DNA of 64,000 nt from Gammaproteobacteria bacterium (GTDB lineage: Bacteria; Pseudomonadota; Gammaproteobacteria; Tethybacterales; Persebacteraceae): contig OZ251571.1 of NCBI GenBank assembly GCA_965243565.1, positions 321,523 to 385,522 on the forward strand, in the 5' to 3' direction. This document shows positions 1 through 9,600 of the stretch, in pieces. A model generated the notes under the pieces. That model saw nothing but the letters and a program-made list of their open reading frames with translations, was not told where the DNA came from and made no database searches. Made by a program: the position numbers and the translations under genes. Within the stretch, counting starts at the first letter, position 1. Each line of letters begins with the position of its first letter.

Positions 1-13
1 GCTAGAAATACCA

Positions 14-931
14 ATGGAAACATCTGTTTACATTATGAACGAGCGACGTTCGGATATGACTAGTATTGAACAAGAAAACAATTGCAAATTTGTAATTATC
101 CCCAATGATAAAATCTTACCGCCTGAATTCATAGTTAAGAAACTAGGTGGAAACGAAAAAAACAAATCTAGCCTGCATCATCTAGAAAAAGCAAAGCACG
201 AAAAAATAGTTAAAATTCGTGAATCAATGGCACCTCAGCAGGAGCAGAAAAAAAGAGAGAGTGTAATACAAACAATGTTGCCAGCGTCTAGTGCGCCTCA
301 AGCCCAATCTAATGGTGGGTTACTCAAGCGGTTCATGCAATTTTTATCAGGTGGCAAGAAAAAACCCCAACCTGTAGCATCATCGTACCAAAAAACCCAA
401 TCGGGTAAAAAAGCACCAAATAAAAAGTACGAAGCGGATAAACGTCATAAAAAACACCTCAATAAAGGCAACAAATTAAAAAACGAAAGACAACCAACAT
501 CCTCTCAATCACCCCAAATGCAAACCAATTCACCACCATTACAATCAAACAAAGGTGGCCAGAATTCACAGCGCCGGCGTAACAAACCAGAGGGTAAAGA
601 CAATGCTCAAAAATTGGCACCCAAAAACATCCATCAGGAAACCTCCCATAATGCGGTTGAAAAACCAATTGAACCAATTGTACCAATTGTACCAATTGCC
701 GATAAAAAAGTAGCAGAAAATAATAAACCCGATAATCAAACAAAAGTAGGCGTTAAACCCACACCGAATGTTGCTGATAAACCCATTCAACCAGCTATTA
801 CACAGAAGAATGTGAAGGTATCGACCAAAGAAGCCAATGGTGGTGATAAAAAGATGAGTGAATCGATATCTCTTCCGCCTATATACTCTGAAGCAACAAA
901 AAGTGCACATTCTGGAACAGCCGAGAAATAA
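14..931 (+). CDS. Lys/Gln/Pro-rich, strongly basic low-complexity protein of unknown function. It has no signal peptide or TM segment. It may extend upstream of the window, since there is no in-frame stop in bases 1-13.
   Basis: 305-aa ORF with a KKxxK-rich run and an internal 'EPIVPIVPIAD' micro-repeat (ccaattgta x3 near 661-690). It reads like a histone H1-like / intrinsically disordered protein. Confidence 0.45.
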   Translation: METSVYIMNERRSDMTSIEQENNCKFVIIPNDKILPPEFIVKKLGGNEKNKSSLHHLEKAKHEKIVKIRESMAPQQEQKKRESVIQTMLPASSAPQAQSNGGLLKRFMQFLSGGKKKPQPVASSYQKTQSGKKAPNKKYEADKRHKKHLNKGNKLKNERQPTSSQSPQMQTNSPPLQSNKGGQNSQRRRNKPEGKDNAQKLAPKNIHQETSHNAVEKPIEPIVPIVPIADKKVAENNKPDNQTKVGVKPTPNVADKPIQPAITQKNVKVSTKEANGGDKKMSESISLPPIYSEATKSAHSGTAEK

Positions 932-1052
932 AACACGAATTATTACCGTGTGGTATGCTATACTATCCATATAAGAAAAGATGTGTAGGTGATGTTGAAA
1001 ATCACAATATAAATATAAACTCTGATTAACAATAAAAAGGGCGGAGGCAAAC

Positions 1053-2402
1053 TTGAGGACAATGAACAAACAAGGGTTGGCATTATTTACAGCAACCATT
1101 TATATTTTTAGCATTAATAATAGCTTTGCACAATTAGATACGTCGGCTTATGTAGCAGACAAATTATCCAATAGTACACAATCTGTTATTAATTTTGAAA
1201 ATTCCTATACGTATCAAGGCAATACATTTGTTCAGATGAGTTCATCAGAACAAAATATCGGTGCATATTACTGTAGTGATGCCGAAGTAGTATTTTTACC
1301 GGTTGAAAATCGACAAAATGGTAATATCTATGTCAATGATGCGTATCAGAACTTATACTTATATAGAAAAAATGGCAATGCAGGTATTCTTAGTGATGCC
1401 ATTCGTCTGCGGTATCAAGGTAAGTTAGATTCTTCTTCATTATTAGGAAGACAAGACTGTACTCAAATGCTCACATCGATTGTCCAATACATCGGCAGCA
1501 ATGGCTTAGCAGAAATCGCCTATTCCAGTGCCGATGGCAATGGATCATTGTTACATTATTTTTCAGAAATTAAAACGACATTCGAATATTTATTTTCCAA
1601 TATTGTGGTTTACCCCAAGGGTGCAGACTATGTCGAAAAATTAGCTGACTGGGCTTTCAATATCCCATTTGGTGCAGGTCAGGTAGAATTAATTACTACT
1701 TCTAGTGAGCTTTTGCAGACAAAAGTTGTACCGATAGCGCGTGAAGCGGGGCAAGTTAAAATTTACACAAGCACCGATTCACCTGAAATGAAAGAATTGC
1801 TTAAAAAAAGTAAGAGCAATCAATTCATTCAATTATCTGATACACAATTAAAATCGCAACGGTTTGCAACTTTAGTATCTCAATTAATAGAGCAAGGGGT
1901 TGATTCTGACATCATATCAGCCACCAATCGATTACCTTCTGTGGACGCAATGGATGACAATGTTTATTCATCTGATGCAATCATATTGGTTAGTCCAAAA
2001 GTGAGCAGTCAAGATGTTGGTGTAGCAATCATTAAATCTGCGATTGGTCAATCAATTTCAACAAACAATACAATTCCAACTGTTGTAAAATCTGTCAAAG
2101 AAACAATTTCAAAAAATGAATTTTATGCTGGAAATGGACAATTATTGTCAACATCATTAAATAATTTTTTAATTGCCAATGGCTATAAAATGATATGGGA
2201 GATAGACTCAGGTGTTGACTGGCGTTTTGATATAGAACAAAAAATCAATGAGAATGGTGTTTTTGTAGAGACGCTAGAAAAAGTCTTAAACAATTTCCCT
2301 GTGCAAGCAGTGATGAGTAGAAACGGGAATACGGTGCGGATTAAAATGCGTCATGCTGACAATGGTAATATTGCAAATAACGTTATTCCATTGATAAACT
2401 AA
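1053..2402 (+). CDS. Secreted or N-terminally anchored protein of unknown function, located immediately upstream of the secretin gene.
   Basis: N-terminal hydrophobic segment 'GLALFTATIYIFSINNSFA|Q' fits a signal peptide or a signal anchor. GGAGG lies about 8 nt upstream of TTG 1053, and ATG 1062 is an alternative start. No recognisable catalytic motif; two Cys residues. Confidence 0.55.
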   Translation: MRTMNKQGLALFTATIYIFSINNSFAQLDTSAYVADKLSNSTQSVINFENSYTYQGNTFVQMSSSEQNIGAYYCSDAEVVFLPVENRQNGNIYVNDAYQNLYLYRKNGNAGILSDAIRLRYQGKLDSSSLLGRQDCTQMLTSIVQYIGSNGLAEIAYSSADGNGSLLHYFSEIKTTFEYLFSNIVVYPKGADYVEKLADWAFNIPFGAGQVELITTSSELLQTKVVPIAREAGQVKIYTSTDSPEMKELLKKSKSNQFIQLSDTQLKSQRFATLVSQLIEQGVDSDIISATNRLPSVDAMDDNVYSSDAIILVSPKVSSQDVGVAIIKSAIGQSISTNNTIPTVVKSVKETISKNEFYAGNGQLLSTSLNNFLIANGYKMIWEIDSGVDWRFDIEQKINENGVFVETLEKVLNNFPVQAVMSRNGNTVRIKMRHADNGNIANNVIPLIN

Positions 2403-2428
2403 AGAGACTTTATAAGGAGATATAAGTA

Positions 2429-3958
2429 GTGATGAACAAAATTACATTATGTGCTTTCATGTCAATGTCAGTATTAATTTCAGGTTGTGTCAGCACAACA
2501 GATAATAGCGCGGATATTCTTGAATCTACCAACGTTATAGTTGAGAAGATGGACAAAGAAATTACTACCAAAGTCGAACAAGAAAGCATTCGAAAATCGG
2601 TCGTTTTTGAAGAAGAATCCACTAAACAAACATCACATTACACCAAAGTAAGTGTACCTAAAAATCCAGTTGATATCAATATAACGAATAAAGTACCCTT
2701 TGGCTTTATATTAGAATCAGTGGCAGCAGATTGGGGTTGGTCTGTGCAGTATGCTCAAGATGTTGACACTTCGATTCCCATTGCATTAAGAATCAATAAT
2801 ATTGATGTCATTGATGCGATGGAAGATATCGCTGGGTTGGCAGGTTACACGGTGATTATAGATAAAAAATTACGTCGATGCACTGTTGCTAGTACAGCAA
2901 CATGGACATTCTTATTGCCAGCCAATGTAACTGATACATTAGCATGGAATTATTCTGTTGGAGGATCTCCATCAGCATCAAGTGAGGAAAGTAGTGGAGG
3001 GCTAGAAGGAATTTCAACTGATAGTACCATTACAGGTAGCACCACAACGGATGGAGAAACGGTAATCAATTTTATTGAAAGTTCTATAAATGCAGGAACT
3101 GGTGAAGCCGCAATTATTTCCAATATTCCAAGTCTGGGCGTAATGTTGGTAACTGGTAATATGGCGCAGCTAAAACGAGCTGAGAAAATAATTACACGAA
3201 TGGTTGATGAAGTTTCAACAAGAGTTGAAATTAACGTTGCTATTGTTGAAATTTCTTTGGAAGATACTTTTCAGTTAGGTGTAAGATGGGAAGACGTGTT
3301 AAGAGGTAATTTCGCTTCCAGTTCACTAGGAGAACTTGTAGGTACTAATGCAACCGCATCAGCATCTTACGTAACGGACGATAATATATCATTTGTATTA
3401 GAAGCACTAAAGAAAAGAACAGATTATAGTATTGTTAGTCGCCCCAACCTATTGATTGATAATCATACACCAGCAGATTTGAGTGATTCACGATCAATTC
3501 CATATATATCTGAAATTGAACAATCTACAACTGATGGCGTAACAACGACAACAGCAACCACAGCTTCAGCAATTGACGGATTGAAATTATCAGTTCTTCC
3601 TCATGTATTGGCGGGAGGAAACCTTGTTCAACTGAAATTAGTGCCATTTTTTGGTGTGATTCCTGAGTACAATGAAATAAATTTTGGACTTGGTGGTGAA
3701 GTACTTTCTCTTAATTTACCAACTCAATCAAATAAACAGGCATTCATTTCAGTTACAGTTGAAAGCGGTCAAACATTGGTATTAGCAGGTAATCGTTATA
3801 GCAATACTAGAAAAAGCAACAGTGGACTACCCTATGTTTCAACGCCATTAACCGATACGACATCTGATACCACCGATGTTACTGAATTAGCAATAATTAT
3901 AAATACAAGAATAATTCTACCACCACCTATTAACGTTATTTTAGATAAATCTTTATAA
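2429..3958 (+). CDS. Outer-membrane secretin with a lipoprotein signal, resembling the type IVb pilus secretins TcpC/BfpB.
   Basis: Lipobox 'LISGC' at the N-terminus. The secretin core starts at 'VEINVAIVEISLEDTFQLGVRWE'. The C-terminus 'GLPYVSTP...TELAIIINTRIILPP' matches the canonical secretin tail '...ELLIFITPRII'. Confidence 0.8.
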   Translation: MMNKITLCAFMSMSVLISGCVSTTDNSADILESTNVIVEKMDKEITTKVEQESIRKSVVFEEESTKQTSHYTKVSVPKNPVDINITNKVPFGFILESVAADWGWSVQYAQDVDTSIPIALRINNIDVIDAMEDIAGLAGYTVIIDKKLRRCTVASTATWTFLLPANVTDTLAWNYSVGGSPSASSEESSGGLEGISTDSTITGSTTTDGETVINFIESSINAGTGEAAIISNIPSLGVMLVTGNMAQLKRAEKIITRMVDEVSTRVEINVAIVEISLEDTFQLGVRWEDVLRGNFASSSLGELVGTNATASASYVTDDNISFVLEALKKRTDYSIVSRPNLLIDNHTPADLSDSRSIPYISEIEQSTTDGVTTTTATTASAIDGLKLSVLPHVLAGGNLVQLKLVPFFGVIPEYNEINFGLGGEVLSLNLPTQSNKQAFISVTVESGQTLVLAGNRYSNTRKSNSGLPYVSTPLTDTTSDTTDVTELAIIINTRIILPPPINVILDKSL

Positions 3959-3992
3959 TCCATTTTTTAAATTAAAACAGGAATATAAATTA

Positions 3993-5273
3993 ATGAGCAA
4001 AAGCGAAAAGTTGATATTTTGGGTTGCTGAGGGCATTAATGACCGAGTAAGTGACAACAACGATGGCGATGATGTTGACGTTGATGAAACTGTAGAAGAA
4101 CAATCTGAATTTTTTTGGCAATGGGATACTCAAAATAACCTAGAACAAATAAAACGATCAGACTTAAGATTAAACAAAAATACGGAAATACTGAGGATAA
4201 GTTCTGACGACATTCTTTTTAATTCCAAAGTCAGTAAACTTAAAAAGCTGATTGGATCCGAGTTTTATTCGGCTTCTTGGAAGAAAAACAAACTGGTATC
4301 AGGTTTTGTTGCTAGTGATTCTGATGAAACCATAATGGAAAAGGCAACAGTTATACCAGATGGTTTATTGTCGATAGACAAGACAGATGTCCCTGATATA
4401 CAAAATGAGCAGCTTCACGCATTACACGTAATTGTTTGGTATTTTGATAGCAGCACTATTTACATATCTTTATTATTAAATAGTATGCGTCAAGGTGCTC
4501 AGGTTACGGAATGGCGACAAGTGCAGCATACTGCAGCAGTAACTGCTACTAATTCACTTAATGCCTTAGTCGATTCTGCTGTTAAAATCAGTGGTATTGA
4601 AGTATCAAGCATGGTAATTAGCTGTGCTATTATTTATTTTGGGGCAAGTGATACTCACTTTAGTGAAGCGGGTGAGGGATTAAAAGTAATCCATGATCGT
4701 ATAACAGAAGACATTAAAGAATTTGGCTTTGCAAAAGCTTTTATGTCAGAGCCTGAAAGTTTTTTAAACATTTGGGCAAATAATAAATTATGGAAGGCTG
4801 AGTATAAAACCACCAAATATTCTATTTTAAATATACCTCAATCGACGGTAATGACGATTATGATAGCAGGAATGTTCTCTGGGTTTCTCTTTTTTTCTGC
4901 TAATGGTGTAATTTCTTTTTTTGATTATAGGGCCACCAACGAAAAAATTGAAAAGGTGCAAGCAGATGCTCAACGGGAAACAGAAAAACTACTACAGCTG
5001 AGTAGAGAAAACATCCAATTGTATATTTCTCAATATACAATGCGAGCACAAGAGGCTACGAAATTTTCTGAATTGTTGTTTTATAAAGGTTTAGAATACA
5101 CTATAGAAGCAGAAGGTAGTAGGTGGGAGGCAACTTCTGAATTACCCAAGGATATCTCTAAAGTGGAAGAAATTAGAAGCCTATTAGCGAATATTGAAGG
5201 TTGTACAACAGTTTTTGATCAAAATGATAATTTACTAGAGAGTGGTAAGGTGACAATAGTATGCGAATTCTAA
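3993..5273 (+). CDS. Bitopic inner-membrane assembly protein with GspL/BfpC-like topology: acidic cytoplasmic N-domain, single TM, periplasmic coiled-coil.
   Basis: No signal peptide. A single hydrophobic helix 'VMTIMIAGMFSGFLFFSANGVISFF' sits near residue 290. Its position between secretin and ATPase matches L-like partners of GspE-family ATPases. Assignment is by topology and context only. Confidence 0.4.
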   Translation: MSKSEKLIFWVAEGINDRVSDNNDGDDVDVDETVEEQSEFFWQWDTQNNLEQIKRSDLRLNKNTEILRISSDDILFNSKVSKLKKLIGSEFYSASWKKNKLVSGFVASDSDETIMEKATVIPDGLLSIDKTDVPDIQNEQLHALHVIVWYFDSSTIYISLLLNSMRQGAQVTEWRQVQHTAAVTATNSLNALVDSAVKISGIEVSSMVISCAIIYFGASDTHFSEAGEGLKVIHDRITEDIKEFGFAKAFMSEPESFLNIWANNKLWKAEYKTTKYSILNIPQSTVMTIMIAGMFSGFLFFSANGVISFFDYRATNEKIEKVQADAQRETEKLLQLSRENIQLYISQYTMRAQEATKFSELLFYKGLEYTIEAEGSRWEATSELPKDISKVEEIRSLLANIEGCTTVFDQNDNLLESGKVTIVCEF

Positions 5274-5827
5274 GTAAGTGGACAATTATATTATTGATAC
5301 TTCTATTAATGGGTAGCGGGTGGTCGTACTATAAATGGCAAAAACCCAAGAGAATAGAGGCAGAGCAACAGCTTCAAACAGAATATAAAAAATATAAAAG
5401 GCATAAAAGTGTAGCTGAAAGATTTAGTAAAAGCATTGAGTCATCGGAGTTAAATATTGATGAAGATAATAAAAATTACAAAAATTTCAGATTTTCATCA
5501 GAAACAAGTCATTTTGACTTTCGTTTGAAATTGTATGATGCTTTGAATGAAAAAATAAAAGATATTGGCCTTGAAGAATTTAAATTAATAGAAACATCCG
5601 AGCAAGTAGGGTCCCCTAGATCTCAGAATTTACCAAAAATACATAAAACTTATGCGACAGAATACTACTTTTCTATTGAAGGTGAGGCTAGTTATGGACA
5701 AGTAGTTGCTTTTATTTTGAAAAAATTACCAGATTTACCAGTGGCAGTAACTCGAATAAAAAAAGACAAAGAGAAGTTTAAAATTAATTTTGTTGTTTGG
5801 CGAATAGAACAAGATGGTGCAAATTGA
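5261..5827 (+). CDS. Small bitopic protein with an N-terminal TM helix, GspM/PilO-like by topology.
   Basis: 'WTIILLILLLMGSGWSYY' is an N-terminal TM helix followed by a roughly 160-aa periplasmic region. Start and stop overlap the neighbouring genes (4-nt and 14-nt overlaps), indicating translational coupling. Confidence 0.35.
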   Translation: MRILSKWTIILLILLLMGSGWSYYKWQKPKRIEAEQQLQTEYKKYKRHKSVAERFSKSIESSELNIDEDNKNYKNFRFSSETSHFDFRLKLYDALNEKIKDIGLEEFKLIETSEQVGSPRSQNLPKIHKTYATEYYFSIEGEASYGQVVAFILKKLPDLPVAVTRIKKDKEKFKINFVVWRIEQDGAN

Positions 5828-7655
5828 AGCGAAAGATTCAAAGTCTTCAACAGAAATAAGTAAAGAAGTCATCAACTTTTATGTTGATGAAGGTATTCGT
5901 TCTTATATAATAGAAGCAGCAGCCAGACGTGCTTCATGGAAAAAAACAGGTGAAAGAGGGTTTGAAGATACACTTGTAGAAATGCTTGGTGCAGGAGCTT
6001 CTTCTGTTTTAAAAGCCATTGCAAAACGTTGGAGTATTCCTTTTGTAGATGAACTTCAACCACCGGGAGAGTTATTAAGTGTTATAGAAGACTCAAAACT
6101 ATTCAATAAAGATGGTTTTATTTCTATTTATAATGGCGAATACGTGCCATTTCGCACCAACGGCAATACTCTAGATCTTATATGTAGTAGCCGTCGATCG
6201 CGTGATAAAGGAATAAATGACTTTATCCGTTTACGTTTGGTTAACGAAGAGCATATTAATGTTACAACTTCTTTGGCAAGTAAAGCACTTATAACAAAAG
6301 CCTTCCATCTTTATTTTTCAGATGGCTCAAGAGAATTGAACGGTGCATTGCGAAAAATGGAAGCTATGCTTCTTGCAGGGCAAGATTTTTCAGATTACGA
6401 TATAGCCGAAGCGGTGGTTTTTTTGTTTGCAAGAGCGGCTTATTCTGGAGCAAGTGATGCCATGATATTTGTAACAGAAACGTCGGCTCTATACAAACTA
6501 AAAATTTCAGGTGTTGCTCTATTGGCTGCAGAAACTGAACCAGTTGTTTTGGCTGCTATATTAAGAGTACTTGTTAATGTATTTGCGGGTGAAAATGACA
6601 GTTCTTTGGACGAAAGTCCACAAGAAACATTAATTGATTTTAACGATGACCATATGAGCAAAAGTGGTAATATAGACAAACGCTCAAGACTGATGTTAGA
6701 GCGAGCAAAAGGGTTATTAGGAGGTTATCGTTTTCGTTTACAATTAGCAAAGCCACAGCCTAGAACATCGGATGGTGTTTATGCAGTATTTCGTGTCCTT
6801 AAAAAAGAAGCGTCTAACGCATCGCTATCGAAATTAGGCTATGGGAGCAATACGCCACTTTTAAAAACGGCAGTATGTAGAAAAGAAGGGCTAATACTTT
6901 TTGTTGGTACGACTGGTTCTGGTAAAACCACTGGTGCTGACGCAATGGTTGGTGAAGTTGACCCGATTAGACGGTGGGTTTATACAATTGAAAATCCAAT
7001 TGAATTCCAACATCCTTTGTTTATGCAGCATGAGGTTAGAGGGGGAAGCGAAGAATATTTAAAAATTATTAAGTCATTCTTACGATCTAGTCCAGATGTT
7101 TGCTTTTTTGGAGAAACGCGCGAGGCAGAAGTAGCACTTCGCCTTTGTGAGTTAGCCTTAACCGGAAGTTTGGTTATAAGTACCTTACATGCACCCGACG
7201 CAGTGTCTGCCATACAAAGAATGAGAGCGTGGGGCATTGATAACAACAGTATAAGCGAAACATTGATTTTAATTGTTGGTCAACGTTTATTTCCTAGAAT
7301 TTGTGTCCATTGTTCGGAGCCTATTTCTGGAGAGTTCGGTAAAAAAATACATGAATTGGTTAAAAATTTAAGAGATGATTTAAAAGAAATCGTCATGACG
7401 AGTGACGTTGTTAAAAAAGCCAACGAAGAAGGTTGTAAACATTGTTTTTATACTGGGTATAGTGGTCAGTGGTTGGTCTATGAAATGTTGCCTGTTAACG
7501 CTGAGTTACGTGCTAAAATTGTAGCAGGTGACGCGCCTGATCAGATGCGACGATTTTTACATAGAGAACAAGATATGTATATAGGGATTGCAAGAGGCGT
7601 TGGTCATGGTATACTAGATGTTGAAAGTGCGTTACCAGAACTATTAGGAGCTTAA
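5814..7655 (+). CDS. Type II/IV secretion assembly ATPase of the GspE/PilB/TcpT family.
   Basis: Walker A 'GTTGSGKTT', Asp box 'YTIENPIEF', Walker B 'DVCFFGETRE', His box 'LVISTLHAPDA'. Tetracysteine Zn motif 'CVHCSEP...CKHC'. About 350 aa of N-terminal extension precede Walker A. Confidence 0.9.
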   Translation: MVQIEAKDSKSSTEISKEVINFYVDEGIRSYIIEAAARRASWKKTGERGFEDTLVEMLGAGASSVLKAIAKRWSIPFVDELQPPGELLSVIEDSKLFNKDGFISIYNGEYVPFRTNGNTLDLICSSRRSRDKGINDFIRLRLVNEEHINVTTSLASKALITKAFHLYFSDGSRELNGALRKMEAMLLAGQDFSDYDIAEAVVFLFARAAYSGASDAMIFVTETSALYKLKISGVALLAAETEPVVLAAILRVLVNVFAGENDSSLDESPQETLIDFNDDHMSKSGNIDKRSRLMLERAKGLLGGYRFRLQLAKPQPRTSDGVYAVFRVLKKEASNASLSKLGYGSNTPLLKTAVCRKEGLILFVGTTGSGKTTGADAMVGEVDPIRRWVYTIENPIEFQHPLFMQHEVRGGSEEYLKIIKSFLRSSPDVCFFGETREAEVALRLCELALTGSLVISTLHAPDAVSAIQRMRAWGIDNNSISETLILIVGQRLFPRICVHCSEPISGEFGKKIHELVKNLRDDLKEIVMTSDVVKKANEEGCKHCFYTGYSGQWLVYEMLPVNAELRAKIVAGDAPDQMRRFLHREQDMYIGIARGVGHGILDVESALPELLGA

Positions 7656-7662
7656 AAAATAT

Positions 7663-8904
7663 ATGTCTAATCAACGTCCAGGAGTAAAAGGTGACTATTA
7701 TACTTATACCGGAAAAAATTTAGATGGTGAAAAAGAATCAGGTATGGTTTTTGCAACATCGGTTGCCTTGGCTAAGCGATCTGCTGCTAAACGTCTTTTG
7801 TCTGTTCAATCAATATTTAAAGACCCAGTAGCAAATATAGCTTGGAATTTGGGAGATGGTTATTCCAAAGAACAAGTTGCGCGTATGTTTCGTGTTATTG
7901 GAGACAACCTCGAAAGAGGGTCATCTTTGCCCGAAAGCATTTCATTGGCTCGACTGTTTGTAAGCGATCCATATTTACGTTGTGCTTGTTTTAACATACT
8001 AGATCTTATGTCAAGCGGTAAGTCTTTATCGGCTGCTATGGCTGCATCACATTTTAGTGTTGCAGATTGTACTATTGTGGCATCTGTCAGAGGTGGTGGT
8101 GGTGGAGACGCAAATCAAGGAGGCTACGCTAATGCGTTTAGAATTCGTGCGCATGCTTTGGAATTCGAGGCAAAAGGAGAAAAAGAATTAAATCAAGCAT
8201 TAGTTCCATTTATTATCTTTTTGATATTTATTATTGTTATGGTATATATACTGTTGTTTGTAATGGGTAAGCATTCTGGTGATATGTTAAGCGGTGCAAT
8301 ACCCAAGAGAAATCAAATAGGTTTTGTCGGGGGGTATATTAACTTTTTGCAGGATCTCCAAGAAAACATAGGGCTATATACTACTATATATTTTACGTTT
8401 GGAGCGGGGATTATTTTCCCTTTATTTGTAAAGCAACTGCGTTATAAAATGATATCATTCGCTTTTCCATCATTTTCAAAATTTAAATTAGAGCTAGATC
8501 AATACAAGACTTGGCAATTATGGCAGTTACTTCGAATTTCAGGTGTGGATAATGTCCGTATTTTTGCATTAACAGCTAAAATTGTTGATAACCCACTAAT
8601 AATGCAGCAAAATAAAGCGATAATGGAGCAAACCAGACGAGGAAGAGGGCTTGCTGTAATCGTTCGAGATGTGATAAAATCAGCACGATTAAGAGAGCAG
8701 CTAACCTCCGTTCTTGAAGGAAAGTCAGCAGACAAAGGCATGGATATAGTATTATCATTACTACAATTACAAGTAAACGAATACAAAAATAGAGCAGTCT
8801 TATTATTTGGTGGTATGACAAAAGGTATTGTCGCACTTGCTCTGGTTAGTATGATGCTAATGATTATTGGGCCCTCTTTTATGCTAATGGCCAATATAAA
8901 TTAA
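7663..8904 (+). CDS. Inner-membrane platform protein of the GspF/PilC/TcpE family.
   Basis: 413 aa. Three predicted TM segments ('LVPFIIFLIFIIVMVYILLFV', 'LYTTIYFTFGAGIIFPLFV', 'IVALALVSMMLMIIGPSFMLMA') separated by cytoplasmic domains. It sits directly after the ATPase. Confidence 0.7.
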   Translation: MSNQRPGVKGDYYTYTGKNLDGEKESGMVFATSVALAKRSAAKRLLSVQSIFKDPVANIAWNLGDGYSKEQVARMFRVIGDNLERGSSLPESISLARLFVSDPYLRCACFNILDLMSSGKSLSAAMAASHFSVADCTIVASVRGGGGGDANQGGYANAFRIRAHALEFEAKGEKELNQALVPFIIFLIFIIVMVYILLFVMGKHSGDMLSGAIPKRNQIGFVGGYINFLQDLQENIGLYTTIYFTFGAGIIFPLFVKQLRYKMISFAFPSFSKFKLELDQYKTWQLWQLLRISGVDNVRIFALTAKIVDNPLIMQQNKAIMEQTRRGRGLAVIVRDVIKSARLREQLTSVLEGKSADKGMDIVLSLLQLQVNEYKNRAVLLFGGMTKGIVALALVSMMLMIIGPSFMLMANIN

Positions 8905-8950
8905 AGAATTTTTAATAAAACAAAAACTATAAAAAAAAAAGGAGAAAATA

Positions 8951-9517
8951 ATGAAAATTATAAATAAAATAAGCATAATCAAAGGTCGCTTGCGTCAAGT
9001 AGGTTTTACACTGGTGGAACTTGCTTTGGTGGTTGCTGCTTTGGCGATTATTTCAGTTAGTGCTATTGTTGTAAGTGATAGTGTGTTAAGCAATGCACGT
9101 TCATCGTCAATGATTAGTCAAATTAACACAGTACAGACATCTGCCGAATTGGCAAGAGTACATACCAGTTGTAGGGCTTTAAAATTGAATTTCTTAGTAA
9201 CTGATGCAAACGCTGCCGATAATTCATGTGGTAAAGCCAACCTTGCAGGCTGGGAAGGTCCATATATAAGGAATGCAATTATTTTGACTACTGGTATAAT
9301 GAGTCTTGAGACTGTAGCCGCTGGTGCGGAGATGGAAATGAAAGTGGTAGGTGGGATTGCAATTCTTGAGGTGGAAGCAGGCTCAAATGACGTTTTAGAT
9401 GGCATAGTGGCTAGCGTTTGTCCAGATAATCTAGCAGCTTCCTCTCTGGCTAATATTAGTGCTACGAAAACTTGTTTTAGTACCGGTAGTGTAGTAAATC
9501 TCTATATGTCTCAATAA
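8951..9517 (+). CDS. Major type IV prepilin.
   Basis: Leader 'MKIINKISIIKGRLRQVG' followed by 'FTLVELALVVAALAII' gives Gly-1, Phe+1 and Glu+5. Four Cys residues allow two disulfides including a C-terminal D-region pair. Strong SD 'AAGGAG' 7 nt upstream. Hairpin terminator downstream. Confidence 0.8.
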   Translation: MKIINKISIIKGRLRQVGFTLVELALVVAALAIISVSAIVVSDSVLSNARSSSMISQINTVQTSAELARVHTSCRALKLNFLVTDANAADNSCGKANLAGWEGPYIRNAIILTTGIMSLETVAAGAEMEMKVVGGIAILEVEAGSNDVLDGIVASVCPDNLAASSLANISATKTCFSTGSVVNLYMSQ

Positions 9518-9565
9518 TGGTATCTGATTTGTAATTTTACTAAAACAATATTCATTAAAATTTGG

Positions 9566-9600
9566 TTTAGAAGTATTTTTTAATACTTCTAAACTTTTTT
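9566..9600 (+). terminator. Rho-independent terminator/attenuator after the major pilin gene.
   Basis: Perfect 12-bp inverted repeat tttagaagtatt / aatacttctaaa (9566-9577 / 9582-9593) with a 4-nt loop, followed by TTTTTT at 9595-9600. The stem is AU-rich. Confidence 0.45.

Noticed and set aside
459-1099. Minus-strand ORFs 459..743 and 566..1099, antisense to the basic-protein gene and the intergenic region.
   Set aside because: They lie antisense within a plus-strand gene. Their composition is Phe/Leu/Tyr-rich, the mirror image of a Lys/Glu/Asn-rich sense strand. There is no RBS or motif support.
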